Assembly (NCBI GenBank): GCA_905480105.1
Contig: CAJQPC010000071.1
Span: forward strand, 55,594-119,593
Reading direction: 5' to 3'
Length of the DNA: 64,000 nucleotides
Origin: an uncultured bacterium
GTDB lineage: Bacteria > Myxococcota_A > UBA796 > CAJQPC01
The number at the start of each line of letters is the position of its first letter. Position 1 is the stretch's first letter. The position numbers and the translations under genes were made by a program. The notes beneath the pieces are model-generated. The model was not told the DNA's origin. It did no database searches and worked only from the letters and a program-made list of their open reading frames with translations. Positions 56,743-64,000 of the stretch are shown here, piece after piece.

Positions 56743-58398
56743 ATGAGCGCCCGGCCCCCCCGTCAAACTCTGATCCCCAATGCCAACAATGTGCGTCTGC
56801 TCGCCCGGCTTGTAGATCTCGTGGCCCGCGGAGTTCGCGACAACCGGACACTGGCCATGCTGCTAGACTGCGAAGTCCGCACGGTGAACTACTACACCCA
56901 GGCCGGGGACTGGCTCAATCTCTTGGCCACAGACGAAAAGACCCTCTCGCCCACATTGACCCGCTTGGGCACAGAGTACGCCTTTGCCGGAAAGGACCGC
57001 GGACGCGTCTACGCACGCGCCGTCTGGCAGAACCCCTTCGTGGTCCAACTCATGGATGGCCGAACCGAGCTCCCCAAAGCTGCGGGCATTGCGCAGTTCA
57101 TCCAGGCCTCGGTTCCCGACATGGCCCCCAGCACGGCCAGGCGCCGTGCGTCATCCGTACGCGCCCTGTTGGAGCCCGCTCTGCGATATCCCGCCCCCAA
57201 GACCCAGCCCCCAGGCCACCAGCTCAGCTTCGATTTAGGCCTGGGGCGCCCCCGCAAGCGCCCACCCCGCATACAGCTCAGCGGCGGCAGCGACCACAGT
57301 CCCGAGGCCTACCGGGTGGTTCTGCGCGCCCTGCTAGACCACGGCGAGCTTTCCCTATGGCACATCCGGGCCATCCTGGACTGGCATGGGGGCGAGGCCT
57401 GCCCTGTGGGTTCCTATGTAGAGATGGCAGTCCGTCGCGGTGACGGCTGGCGAGTTGGAGACCGCCTGGTGGTCAGCTGGGGTGCAGTCTGGCGACGTGA
57501 TCTCTCTGACACGGTGGCCGGCGTAGCGCTGAGTGACCCAGGATATCGCCACTACCTCTCCATCCTGCGCCAGGCCAGTGAGGGCCACCCTGGCGCCGCC
57601 ATGGAATACGCCAGACTCCAGGAGCGCTACGCATCTTGGGACAAGCGCATCTTCGGTGCCGAGGTCACCCCAGCGCGCTTGGCCGTCGATCTAGACCGGG
57701 TGCTACTCGGTCGTCCCATCGACGCCTTTCCTTTAGCGGACGACCCAGGCCCCGAACCTGGAGAGCAGACCGGCCCATTCTTAGAGCTGGTGGACACCAC
57801 CGACCTGTTCATCGCCCTGCCCCCCACCTTGATGGATCTGGTGGGCGGAGTCTCCGGCGTGAACCGCATTTTGGAAGAACGCCGGAAGACCGAGGGGGGC
57901 CAGCCCAAGGTCGTCGACCGCAGAGAGCTGGTGCACGGCGGTCTCTTCGCCCCTGGTGAGCCTCGTTCCCGCGCCATCCCAGACAGGGTCAGCCTGCGCC
58001 AGCGCGCCTTGGCCCACATCCCGCATTTGGCCATGTTGGTGGCTCTACTCCAGCTGCACCGGCGTAGCGGCGGAGAGCTCGCCGTGAGCGTGCAAGGCAC
58101 CGGCTTAGACCTGCGCATCAAGCGCCGTCGCTTCAAGGACCTGCTTTTTCATCTGGACGAGTTCTGCTGCATGCAGGGCTGGATGGTCTCCCGGCGTCTG
58201 CGAGGTGGACTCACCGGAGAGCAGCTCGCCGAAGTGCTCGGAGCCCTGGGCATCGCTCTCCGCGTAGGCAACAGTCTGGTGCTGGAGGAGGCCTTTTTCC
58301 TGCGGCTACAGTCCGATGTGGAAGACCATGAGCTCTTTGAGCGACTCGGACCGCTTGGCGACCGGATTGTGAGCTTCCTGGAGCAGTGGCCCCGCTGA
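56743..58398 (+). CDS. hypothetical protein with N-terminal HTH-like region
   Basis: 551 aa, Arg-rich. The N-terminus RTLAMLLDCEVRTVNYYTQAGDWLNLL looks like an HTH. No catalytic motif recognised. Confidence 0.6.
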   Translation: MSARPPRQTLIPNANNVRLLARLVDLVARGVRDNRTLAMLLDCEVRTVNYYTQAGDWLNLLATDEKTLSPTLTRLGTEYAFAGKDRGRVYARAVWQNPFVVQLMDGRTELPKAAGIAQFIQASVPDMAPSTARRRASSVRALLEPALRYPAPKTQPPGHQLSFDLGLGRPRKRPPRIQLSGGSDHSPEAYRVVLRALLDHGELSLWHIRAILDWHGGEACPVGSYVEMAVRRGDGWRVGDRLVVSWGAVWRRDLSDTVAGVALSDPGYRHYLSILRQASEGHPGAAMEYARLQERYASWDKRIFGAEVTPARLAVDLDRVLLGRPIDAFPLADDPGPEPGEQTGPFLELVDTTDLFIALPPTLMDLVGGVSGVNRILEERRKTEGGQPKVVDRRELVHGGLFAPGEPRSRAIPDRVSLRQRALAHIPHLAMLVALLQLHRRSGGELAVSVQGTGLDLRIKRRRFKDLLFHLDEFCCMQGWMVSRRLRGGLTGEQLAEVLGALGIALRVGNSLVLEEAFFLRLQSDVEDHELFERLGPLGDRIVSFLEQWPR

Positions 58399-58531
58399 TT
58401 GCTGCAGTCTCCTTTTTGGACCGGCTGCATTCTTTGCAATCCAGCCACAGCCAGCCCTTTTGCGACCTTAGTTTTAGTGCGAAGTCTATCAAAGTACGGC
58501 CAGTGCGCTCCAGCAAGGCTAAACTGCCAAT

Positions 58532-59305
58532 ATGTTCCGCTCCGGTTTAAAACGCATTGGCAAGAAGCTCCTGGGACGCGGCGAGTCTGCTGCCAAGGCT
58601 ACCCCCTCTCCTGCAGCCGAGCCTGCCCCCGCTTGGGCTCCAAAGGCCTTTGTAAAGCCGGCCCCTCAGCAGAGCGCAGAACCTACTTCCCAGCCCGCTC
58701 CTGAGCTTATCGCCAAGCCCAAACTCAAGCCCAAACAGGACCCAGTGGCCTTGGCCGTGCCGAAAACCACAGAGCCTGTGGCTGCAGCCAAGCCTGCTTC
58801 TCCACCGGCAGCTCCGACCCCAGCTGCCAAGCCCGTCTCTTCCTTTGCCAACCTGGCAGCTATGGCAGCGAGCGGACAACTTGGCGAAGCGCGCCACGCG
58901 GATCAGTCCGGAACCGACCTGGATGCCTACCGCGAGCGCATGCGCGTCAATGGTCGTGAGGACATAGAGCTTTCTGGCATCGGCCTGAACACCGCGGAAG
59001 ACGGCACCCAGTTCGTAGGGCCTGTAAACAACGAGAGCTCGCGCGCCAAAGCCGTTGGCCTGATACTCAGCATCGACCAGCACGAGTGCATCTCCTGCGG
59101 CACCTGCGTGGAGCAGACCGAAGATGTGTTCTATCTAGGCGAAGACGACAAGAGCGGAGAAGAGGTCAAAGCCGAGGTGCTCAAGCAAGAGGGGCCAATG
59201 GACCTGATCCAGGACGCCATCGATGCTTGCCCAGTGACTTGCATCCATTGGCTCGATGGCGAAGAGCTCACCGACATTCACAGCGCCGGCGGCGTGAGCG
59301 CCTGA
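58532..59305 (+). CDS. ferredoxin-domain protein with long Pro/Ala/Lys-rich N-terminal region
   Basis: The C-terminus CISCGTCVEQTEDVFYL...AIDACPVTCIHW suggests a single [4Fe-4S]/[3Fe-4S] ferredoxin fold. The N-terminal ~110 aa are low complexity (AAKPASPPAAPTPAAKP). Confidence 0.7.
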   Translation: MFRSGLKRIGKKLLGRGESAAKATPSPAAEPAPAWAPKAFVKPAPQQSAEPTSQPAPELIAKPKLKPKQDPVALAVPKTTEPVAAAKPASPPAAPTPAAKPVSSFANLAAMAASGQLGEARHADQSGTDLDAYRERMRVNGREDIELSGIGLNTAEDGTQFVGPVNNESSRAKAVGLILSIDQHECISCGTCVEQTEDVFYLGEDDKSGEEVKAEVLKQEGPMDLIQDAIDACPVTCIHWLDGEELTDIHSAGGVSA

Positions 59306-59342
59306 CCACTGGTCCCGCGCTGAACCCCAAGCGACTGGCAGG

Positions 59343-59846
59343 CTACTCGGTCCACCCCGCACGGTCTCTCAACAGAGCCATGTTGCGCTCGGGGACTCCG
59401 GCAATGTTCGGGTGGCTGTCCACAGCACGCGAGACGTCTTCTACCCGCAGCACATGCAATGCGGGGTAGGGGGACTGGTTGGTAGCGTTCGCCGGGTCGT
59501 CCTTCCATGCCCCCTCAAAGCAGTAGTCCGGATGGAAGCTGGCCAATTGAAATCGTTGGTCTAAGCGGGTCTGCTCCAGCATGTCCTGGGCTGCGGCAGC
59601 GATGTCCAAGAACTCGGAGAAGCGGCAGTCTGGAAGCACCAAGAGCGCGGTCTCGTAGGCACCAGAATCCACCTCTTCCACCAAAGCCAGCACACCCATT
59701 ACGGCATCCGAGGCCACCTCGACGCTGCGCCAACCCACCTTGCCCCGCCCCAGGGGACCGGCGGCAAAGGGACAAAGATTCAAACCGACGACCACTTCTT
59801 GCACCCAGCCCTGGACGGCCTGAACGCGAGGGTCATCAAGGCTCAC
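59343..59846 (-). CDS. DUF1415 family protein
   Basis: ORF trimmed to GTG 59846 to avoid overlap with the upstream gene. The VVGLNLCPFAAGPL block is typical of DUF1415. Confidence 0.6.
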   Translation of the reverse strand: MSLDDPRVQAVQGWVQEVVVGLNLCPFAAGPLGRGKVGWRSVEVASDAVMGVLALVEEVDSGAYETALLVLPDCRFSEFLDIAAAAQDMLEQTRLDQRFQLASFHPDYCFEGAWKDDPANATNQSPYPALHVLRVEDVSRAVDSHPNIAGVPERNMALLRDRAGWTE

Positions 59847-59871
59847 AGCGCCGCCCGAAGAGCTTTCGCCC

Positions 59872-61002
59872 TCAAAGCTGCAGAGCGGCAGCTTCGGGGA
59901 TCTCCATGATGTCGCCCTGGGCCGCACGAATCACGTCCTGGCGCTTCTCATCATAGAAGGACTGCAGGTCCTCTTTACTCACCGGCTGGCTGGTGATGAA
60001 CACCGCGTTCTCGCTGGTGCCCTTGCACTTACGAGAAGCGGCAATGTCGTACTCCCAACTGTAGCTGGCGCCATCTACCTGGGCGGCGATCTGGTCGGGC
60101 CAGGCATTGCCTGCTTCCTCCAAAACGCCCATGTGCACGCCGACCATCTGGTTGCCCTTTTTACAGACGGCGGTCTCGACCACGACCACGCCGTACTGCA
60201 GCTTTCCGTCAACCATCCGGTCCTGGTAGCGCGCGCCGGCCAGAGCGTTCGCCTCGGCTTCGGCGCCAAGCGACAACAAGGTCGTGCGGGCCTGCTCAAT
60301 GGCCTTGGGGGGCAATTGAGGGGCCATTTCCACGATGGCGGCCACGGCCAACTGGGTCGTCTCGACGTTCTGACCTTCCAGGCCACCTACCTGCGCAGCG
60401 TCGGCGAAGGCGTTGACCACATAGGTCAGTTCCTCCTCGTTCTCGAGCTCGCCCAGAAGGCGCTCAAGGGTGGGTATGGAGTCCTTCCCCAAGTTGCGCG
60501 CGTAGACCTCGACCACACCGAAGAATCGGGTCCGGTCACCCGCAGACCCGTCCACCTCGGACTGCAGAAAAGCCTGTACGTCCTCGTTTCGGCACTCCGC
60601 CAAGGAGCGGTACCAGCGGTCCGTCCAAAAGGACTCTCCCAGTGTCGCTGCAGCGCCGGTCAAGAACGTAGAGACCTGTTCATTGCCGTTGCATGCTGTG
60701 CCAAGCGACGCCACCGCACGGCTGCGCTCATCGGACTGCAGGCCACCGATGTAGCCCATCGCCGCATCGTTCGCGCCCACCTTTACGGCGGTCACCAACA
60801 CTTGATTCCCCTCCGCTCCAGCGAGCACTTTCTCGAATGCCTGGGGCGCCGACTTGGCAGCCAGATCCGCGTCACACTCGGCCATTGCCTTGAACGCGAC
60901 CGGTATTCCCGCAGGCGTGGCCTCTGCCAGCCCAGCCTTTAAGATCTTTGTGCTGCAGTCTTGGGCCGAAGCAGTGGAGAGAGCGAGCAAAAGAGTCAAC
61001 AT
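59872..61002 (-). CDS. hypothetical secreted protein
   Basis: 376 aa with signal MLTLLLALSTASAQ. Ala-rich and predicted helical; no family recognised. Confidence 0.6.
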   Translation of the reverse strand: MLTLLLALSTASAQDCSTKILKAGLAEATPAGIPVAFKAMAECDADLAAKSAPQAFEKVLAGAEGNQVLVTAVKVGANDAAMGYIGGLQSDERSRAVASLGTACNGNEQVSTFLTGAAATLGESFWTDRWYRSLAECRNEDVQAFLQSEVDGSAGDRTRFFGVVEVYARNLGKDSIPTLERLLGELENEEELTYVVNAFADAAQVGGLEGQNVETTQLAVAAIVEMAPQLPPKAIEQARTTLLSLGAEAEANALAGARYQDRMVDGKLQYGVVVVETAVCKKGNQMVGVHMGVLEEAGNAWPDQIAAQVDGASYSWEYDIAASRKCKGTSENAVFITSQPVSKEDLQSFYDEKRQDVIRAAQGDIMEIPEAAALQL

Positions 61003-61091
61003 GAGGTTGCGATCCTGGGAGCCGGGGGAAGAGGTGCTTCGATACCCCGTAAGGGGCTCGTGTCAAGACCTCGGAGTCTACAACCCAAAGC

Positions 61092-62615
61092 TCAGTCCGC
61101 GTACTCCATCTCGGCCGCAGCGGCCCTCATCTTACGTGCCTGACGCAATGTCTTGGCGAAATTCGTGATCATCGACAGGCTAGGCTTTTCGGCATTGAAG
61201 AACAAAAAGGAAAACAGCCCGCTGGCCTGCATGTACTTGTAGACGTCCTGCCAGTTGTCGATGCCTTCTAAGTGACGCGCCAGAGTGACGGGCCTGAAAT
61301 AGAACTCTCGGTAGAACTGGCGGTGGTAGTCGATCAGATCCTGAGACTCCAAGCCCCAAGGGACAAACGTCGGCTCCCAAAACGAGGACTCGCTGGTCGT
61401 CTCGGTGATCACCCGGCCCCACTTGCTGCCCTCGCGCTGCCAGGTCTCCATCTGCGGCGTTTTAGGCAGCAAAGTGTTGATCTGCACTGTCACGTCATGA
61501 AGGGGAATGGACTTCGCGAACGCGATGGTCTCCTTGATGGTCTCGTGGGTATCCGGCATGTGCCCGACCATGAAGAAGGCCTTGGGCCGCAGACCAACCT
61601 CGTGCGCCCAGGTGATGGCGTCGCGGATCTTTTCCTTGGTGATCCCCTTGGAGATAAAGTCCAGCACTTGGTCGCTTCCGCTCTCAACGCCAAAGCGAGT
61701 GCGCCAACAGCCGGCGTCCTTCATGCGCTGAAGCATCTCCTTGTCCACAACCTCGACGCGAGAGGAGCAGGTCCAAGAAACCTTCACGCCGCGGCGAATA
61801 ATCTCGTCGCAAATCTTCATGACGCGGCGCTTGTTCGCACAAAAGAGGCTGTCCACAAAGGCCAGGTCCTTCACTCCGTAGTCGCGCACCAAGTGCTCGA
61901 TTTCGTCCACCACCGCCTCGGGACTTCGGCTGCGGTATCCCGTGCGGCTCTTCTGACAGAACGCACAGGCGTGGGGACAGCCCCTGGAGCTCACCATTGC
62001 GAACTTGGGCATGGCGTGCTCATCGACAGGGATGGGCTTGTATAGGTCCGGAGGCAGCAGATGCCGGGCAGGCAAAGGCAGCTCGTCCAGCTTTCGGAAG
62101 GCCTTTCGATGCGGGGTATGCTGCACCACATCGTGCTCATCGCGGTAGACGATGCCCTCGATGTCCGCCAGTTCTCGGTCACCCTTGTAGTGCTCCACCA
62201 CCTCGACCATCGTGTGTTCGGCCTCGTGGATGACCCCCAAGTCAAAGCACTTGAACGCCAGGGCCTCTTCCGGCACCAACGTCACGTGGTAGCCGCCCAG
62301 GACAATCGGCACGTCAGGGAGCACCTGCTTGAGCATCTGAGCAAGCTCTACGGCCCCATCAAAGACCACCGTGGTGGAGCCAATGCCGATAATGTCTGGC
62401 TTGAATTCCTGAATGCGCTGGACTGTGCCCGGTATATCCAGAAGCTCAGCCGCCGCATCCAGCACCGCCATCTCCTCGCCCTGCTGCTCGAGCATGGCGG
62501 CGATGTAGAGCAGGCCAAGCGGAGCTGAGTTGTAGAACAGGTAGCTGGTGACCGGGTCCACGTTGCCGTCGCGAAGGACGGAGTCCAGAGGTGGGTTGAT
62601 CAAGATAATGCGCAC
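61092..62615 (-). CDS. B12-binding-domain radical SAM protein (canonical CX3CX2C)
   Basis: GTG 62615 is preceded by GGAGAG. N-terminal IILINPPL... B12-binding-like domain. Cluster motif SSRGCPHACAFCQK, plus FGVESGS. Confidence 0.85.
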   Translation of the reverse strand: MRIILINPPLDSVLRDGNVDPVTSYLFYNSAPLGLLYIAAMLEQQGEEMAVLDAAAELLDIPGTVQRIQEFKPDIIGIGSTTVVFDGAVELAQMLKQVLPDVPIVLGGYHVTLVPEEALAFKCFDLGVIHEAEHTMVEVVEHYKGDRELADIEGIVYRDEHDVVQHTPHRKAFRKLDELPLPARHLLPPDLYKPIPVDEHAMPKFAMVSSRGCPHACAFCQKSRTGYRSRSPEAVVDEIEHLVRDYGVKDLAFVDSLFCANKRRVMKICDEIIRRGVKVSWTCSSRVEVVDKEMLQRMKDAGCWRTRFGVESGSDQVLDFISKGITKEKIRDAITWAHEVGLRPKAFFMVGHMPDTHETIKETIAFAKSIPLHDVTVQINTLLPKTPQMETWQREGSKWGRVITETTSESSFWEPTFVPWGLESQDLIDYHRQFYREFYFRPVTLARHLEGIDNWQDVYKYMQASGLFSFLFFNAEKPSLSMITNFAKTLRQARKMRAAAAEMEYAD

Positions 62616-62739
62616 AAGCTCTCCAACGGCTGGACTGTCCCAGCATAGTCGGAGCATAGAACCTCGACGCTGCTGCAATCCAGTTAGCAGCCAAGTGTGA
62701 CGGAGGTTGCGCATCGATAACGCTGAGTTCTTTAAAGAC

Positions 62740-63258
62740 ATGCTGGTCGGCCACGAGCGCGTTCACCATATTTTGGGCGCTCCCGGGCCGCGCGTGAAAG
62801 AGCTGAACCACTGGTATCAACTGGCGCTCACGGACTACCGCATTCTGGTGGTCAAGATGGTCGCCAAGGACGGAGCACCGGGGTGGACGAGCGACAAGCG
62901 CTGGGCCATGAACCGCGACACAGTGCACATCGGCCAATACCCCCGCACCACCACCTCGACCGCGCGCTTGGAGATCCAGGGCTTCCCGGAGCCCATCCAA
63001 CTCGTGGATATCGACCGCCCGGATCTGCACCCGTACATCCCGCCCTTTCTGGCCTCTTGGAACCGTCCGGTCGCCGGCGTGGCTGAGATTGCCGCCCAGC
63101 CAAAGCACCTCTCGGATCCCGACCCCGATGAGCGCGTCAAGACCGACAACACCTTGTTCGTGGCGCTGGGCGGCGGCGCGGCGATGCTCTTTTTGTGTTG
63201 CGGAGGCAGCATCGTGGTCCGCACGGTCTTTGCACTAGCCAGCGGGCTTCTTCGATGA
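62740..63258 (+). CDS. PH-like domain protein with C-terminal TM anchor
   Basis: ORF 62707..63258 with ATG at 62740; start uncertain. Bacterial-PH-like YQLALTDYRILVVK... segment. C-terminal hydrophobic FVALGGGAAMLFLCCGGSIVV. Confidence 0.45.
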   Translation: MLVGHERVHHILGAPGPRVKELNHWYQLALTDYRILVVKMVAKDGAPGWTSDKRWAMNRDTVHIGQYPRTTTSTARLEIQGFPEPIQLVDIDRPDLHPYIPPFLASWNRPVAGVAEIAAQPKHLSDPDPDERVKTDNTLFVALGGGAAMLFLCCGGSIVVRTVFALASGLLR

Positions 63259-64000
63259 ACCCTCTCAAAGGGGCTAGCCCCAAAGACTTGGCCCGCTGGG
63301 CCTTTTGGGTGCCCTTTCGTAGAGCTCTGCGCCCGGAGCACCCCGAGCAGTTGGCGACGCTCTATCCTCTGTGGCGGGCCCAGTACCAAGCCGCACGCGT
63401 ACAACGAGACGAAATGGCCAAGGAGATGGTGCTCAGCTTTGGTGATGCCCGAGAAGAGCGCCTGCAGGACGCCTACCGTGTGGCCTTTCGGGTTCACTTA
63501 GAAGAACTGCTGTTGGGAAAGCTCAACCCCGACACCGTCGATCACTACATGACGTGGCAGGGCAAGGAGCACCTGGACGCCGCACTGGCCCGGGGAAAGG
63601 GCGCCATCATCGTGCTGCCCCACGCCGGAAACATCATGATGATGATCGCCAGAATCAGCCTGAGCGGAATTCCCTACACCCAGTACGCAGCCAGGGGTAT
63701 GGCGCCGGAAGCTGTGGCCCTGGAGAACCCCGACGTCTTTGGCCACACCCCTCTGCGGGCCCAAGTTCGAGCAGCCCGTGAAGCGAACGAGGACATGCTG
63801 CCCGCCCGCTACTTGACCCTGGAGACACCGGTGCGCGAGCTCTTTCGCCGCTTGGCCGCCAACGAGACGGTGGGCATCGCCTACGACGGGCGCATCGGCA
63901 GCCGCTTTGTGCGCACCCCTTACCTGGGGCGACAGGCACTGCTAAACCCTGGTGCCTTTCGAATCGCTGCCCGGACAGGGGCAGCCTTGGTGCCGATCTT
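63255..64000 (+). CDS. lysophospholipid/lipid A biosynthesis acyltransferase family protein (partial, runs off window)
   Basis: Not in the ORF track because there is no stop in the window. I hand-translated from ATG 63255, which forms an ATGA overlap with the upstream stop. The translation runs MNPLKGASPKDLARWAFW...GAIIVLPHAGN...ETVGIAYDGR...LNPGAFRIAARTGAALVPI. This matches the LABLAT/HtrB-MsbB-like HxxxN..DG pattern. Confidence 0.65.
   Translation, partial: MNPLKGASPKDLARWAFWVPFRRALRPEHPEQLATLYPLWRAQYQAARVQRDEMAKEMVLSFGDAREERLQDAYRVAFRVHLEELLLGKLNPDTVDHYMTWQGKEHLDAALARGKGAIIVLPHAGNIMMMIARISLSGIPYTQYAARGMAPEAVALENPDVFGHTPLRAQVRAAREANEDMLPARYLTLETPVRELFRRLAANETVGIAYDGRIGSRFVRTPYLGRQALLNPGAFRIAARTGAALVPI

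Overview
This is a 64-kb high-GC bacterial chromosomal segment (about 60-65% GC by eye). By my annotation it is about 91% coding, with roughly 58 CDS, many joined by 1-4 nt start/stop overlaps. The gene content suggests a Myxococcota/Bradymonadia-like deltaproteobacterium; this is inference only. The supporting genes are an AgmX/PglI-type C-terminal domain protein, a choice-of-anchor-D plus vWA lipoprotein, FG-GAP, BNR, LRR and IPT/TIG lipoproteins with Cys lipoboxes, and a DUF1549-like/DUF1501 pair. Genes recognisable from motifs include gluQ, thiG-thiE, the Ni-SOD pair sodN-sodX, mdh, gpmI, ltaE and an RluA-family pseudouridine synthase. Also recognisable are a SWIM-SNF2 helicase, a GH92 mannosidase, a penicillin-acylase-family Ntn hydrolase, a fused E1 alpha/beta 2-oxoacid dehydrogenase, an acyl-CoA synthetase and two B12-binding radical SAM enzymes. 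I saw no rRNA, tRNA, CRISPR array, transposase or integrase. The stand-out feature is a 1.95-kb gap (53070-55018), about one third of all non-coding sequence in the window; the next largest gap is 418 bp. It has no credible ORF, a strong purine/pyrimidine strand skew and reduced GC. A 33%-GC promoter-like island bounds one side and a textbook intrinsic terminator bounds the other, both oriented for minus-strand transcription. I interpret it as a candidate very large (about 1.6-1.7 kb) structured non-coding RNA of unknown class. It sits next to a divergent pair of orphan proteins: a degenerate P-loop-like protein and a large HTH-like protein. Secondary leads are a radical SAM enzyme with a non-canonical CX4CX2C cluster motif in an operon with an S41 protease, a second rSAM beside a lipid-acyltransferase module, a sodN-sodX-membrane protein nickel cluster, a POT-type transporter with an HhH-like soluble insertion, and several operator-like inverted repeats. 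All family assignments come from motif recognition by eye; no database search was run.
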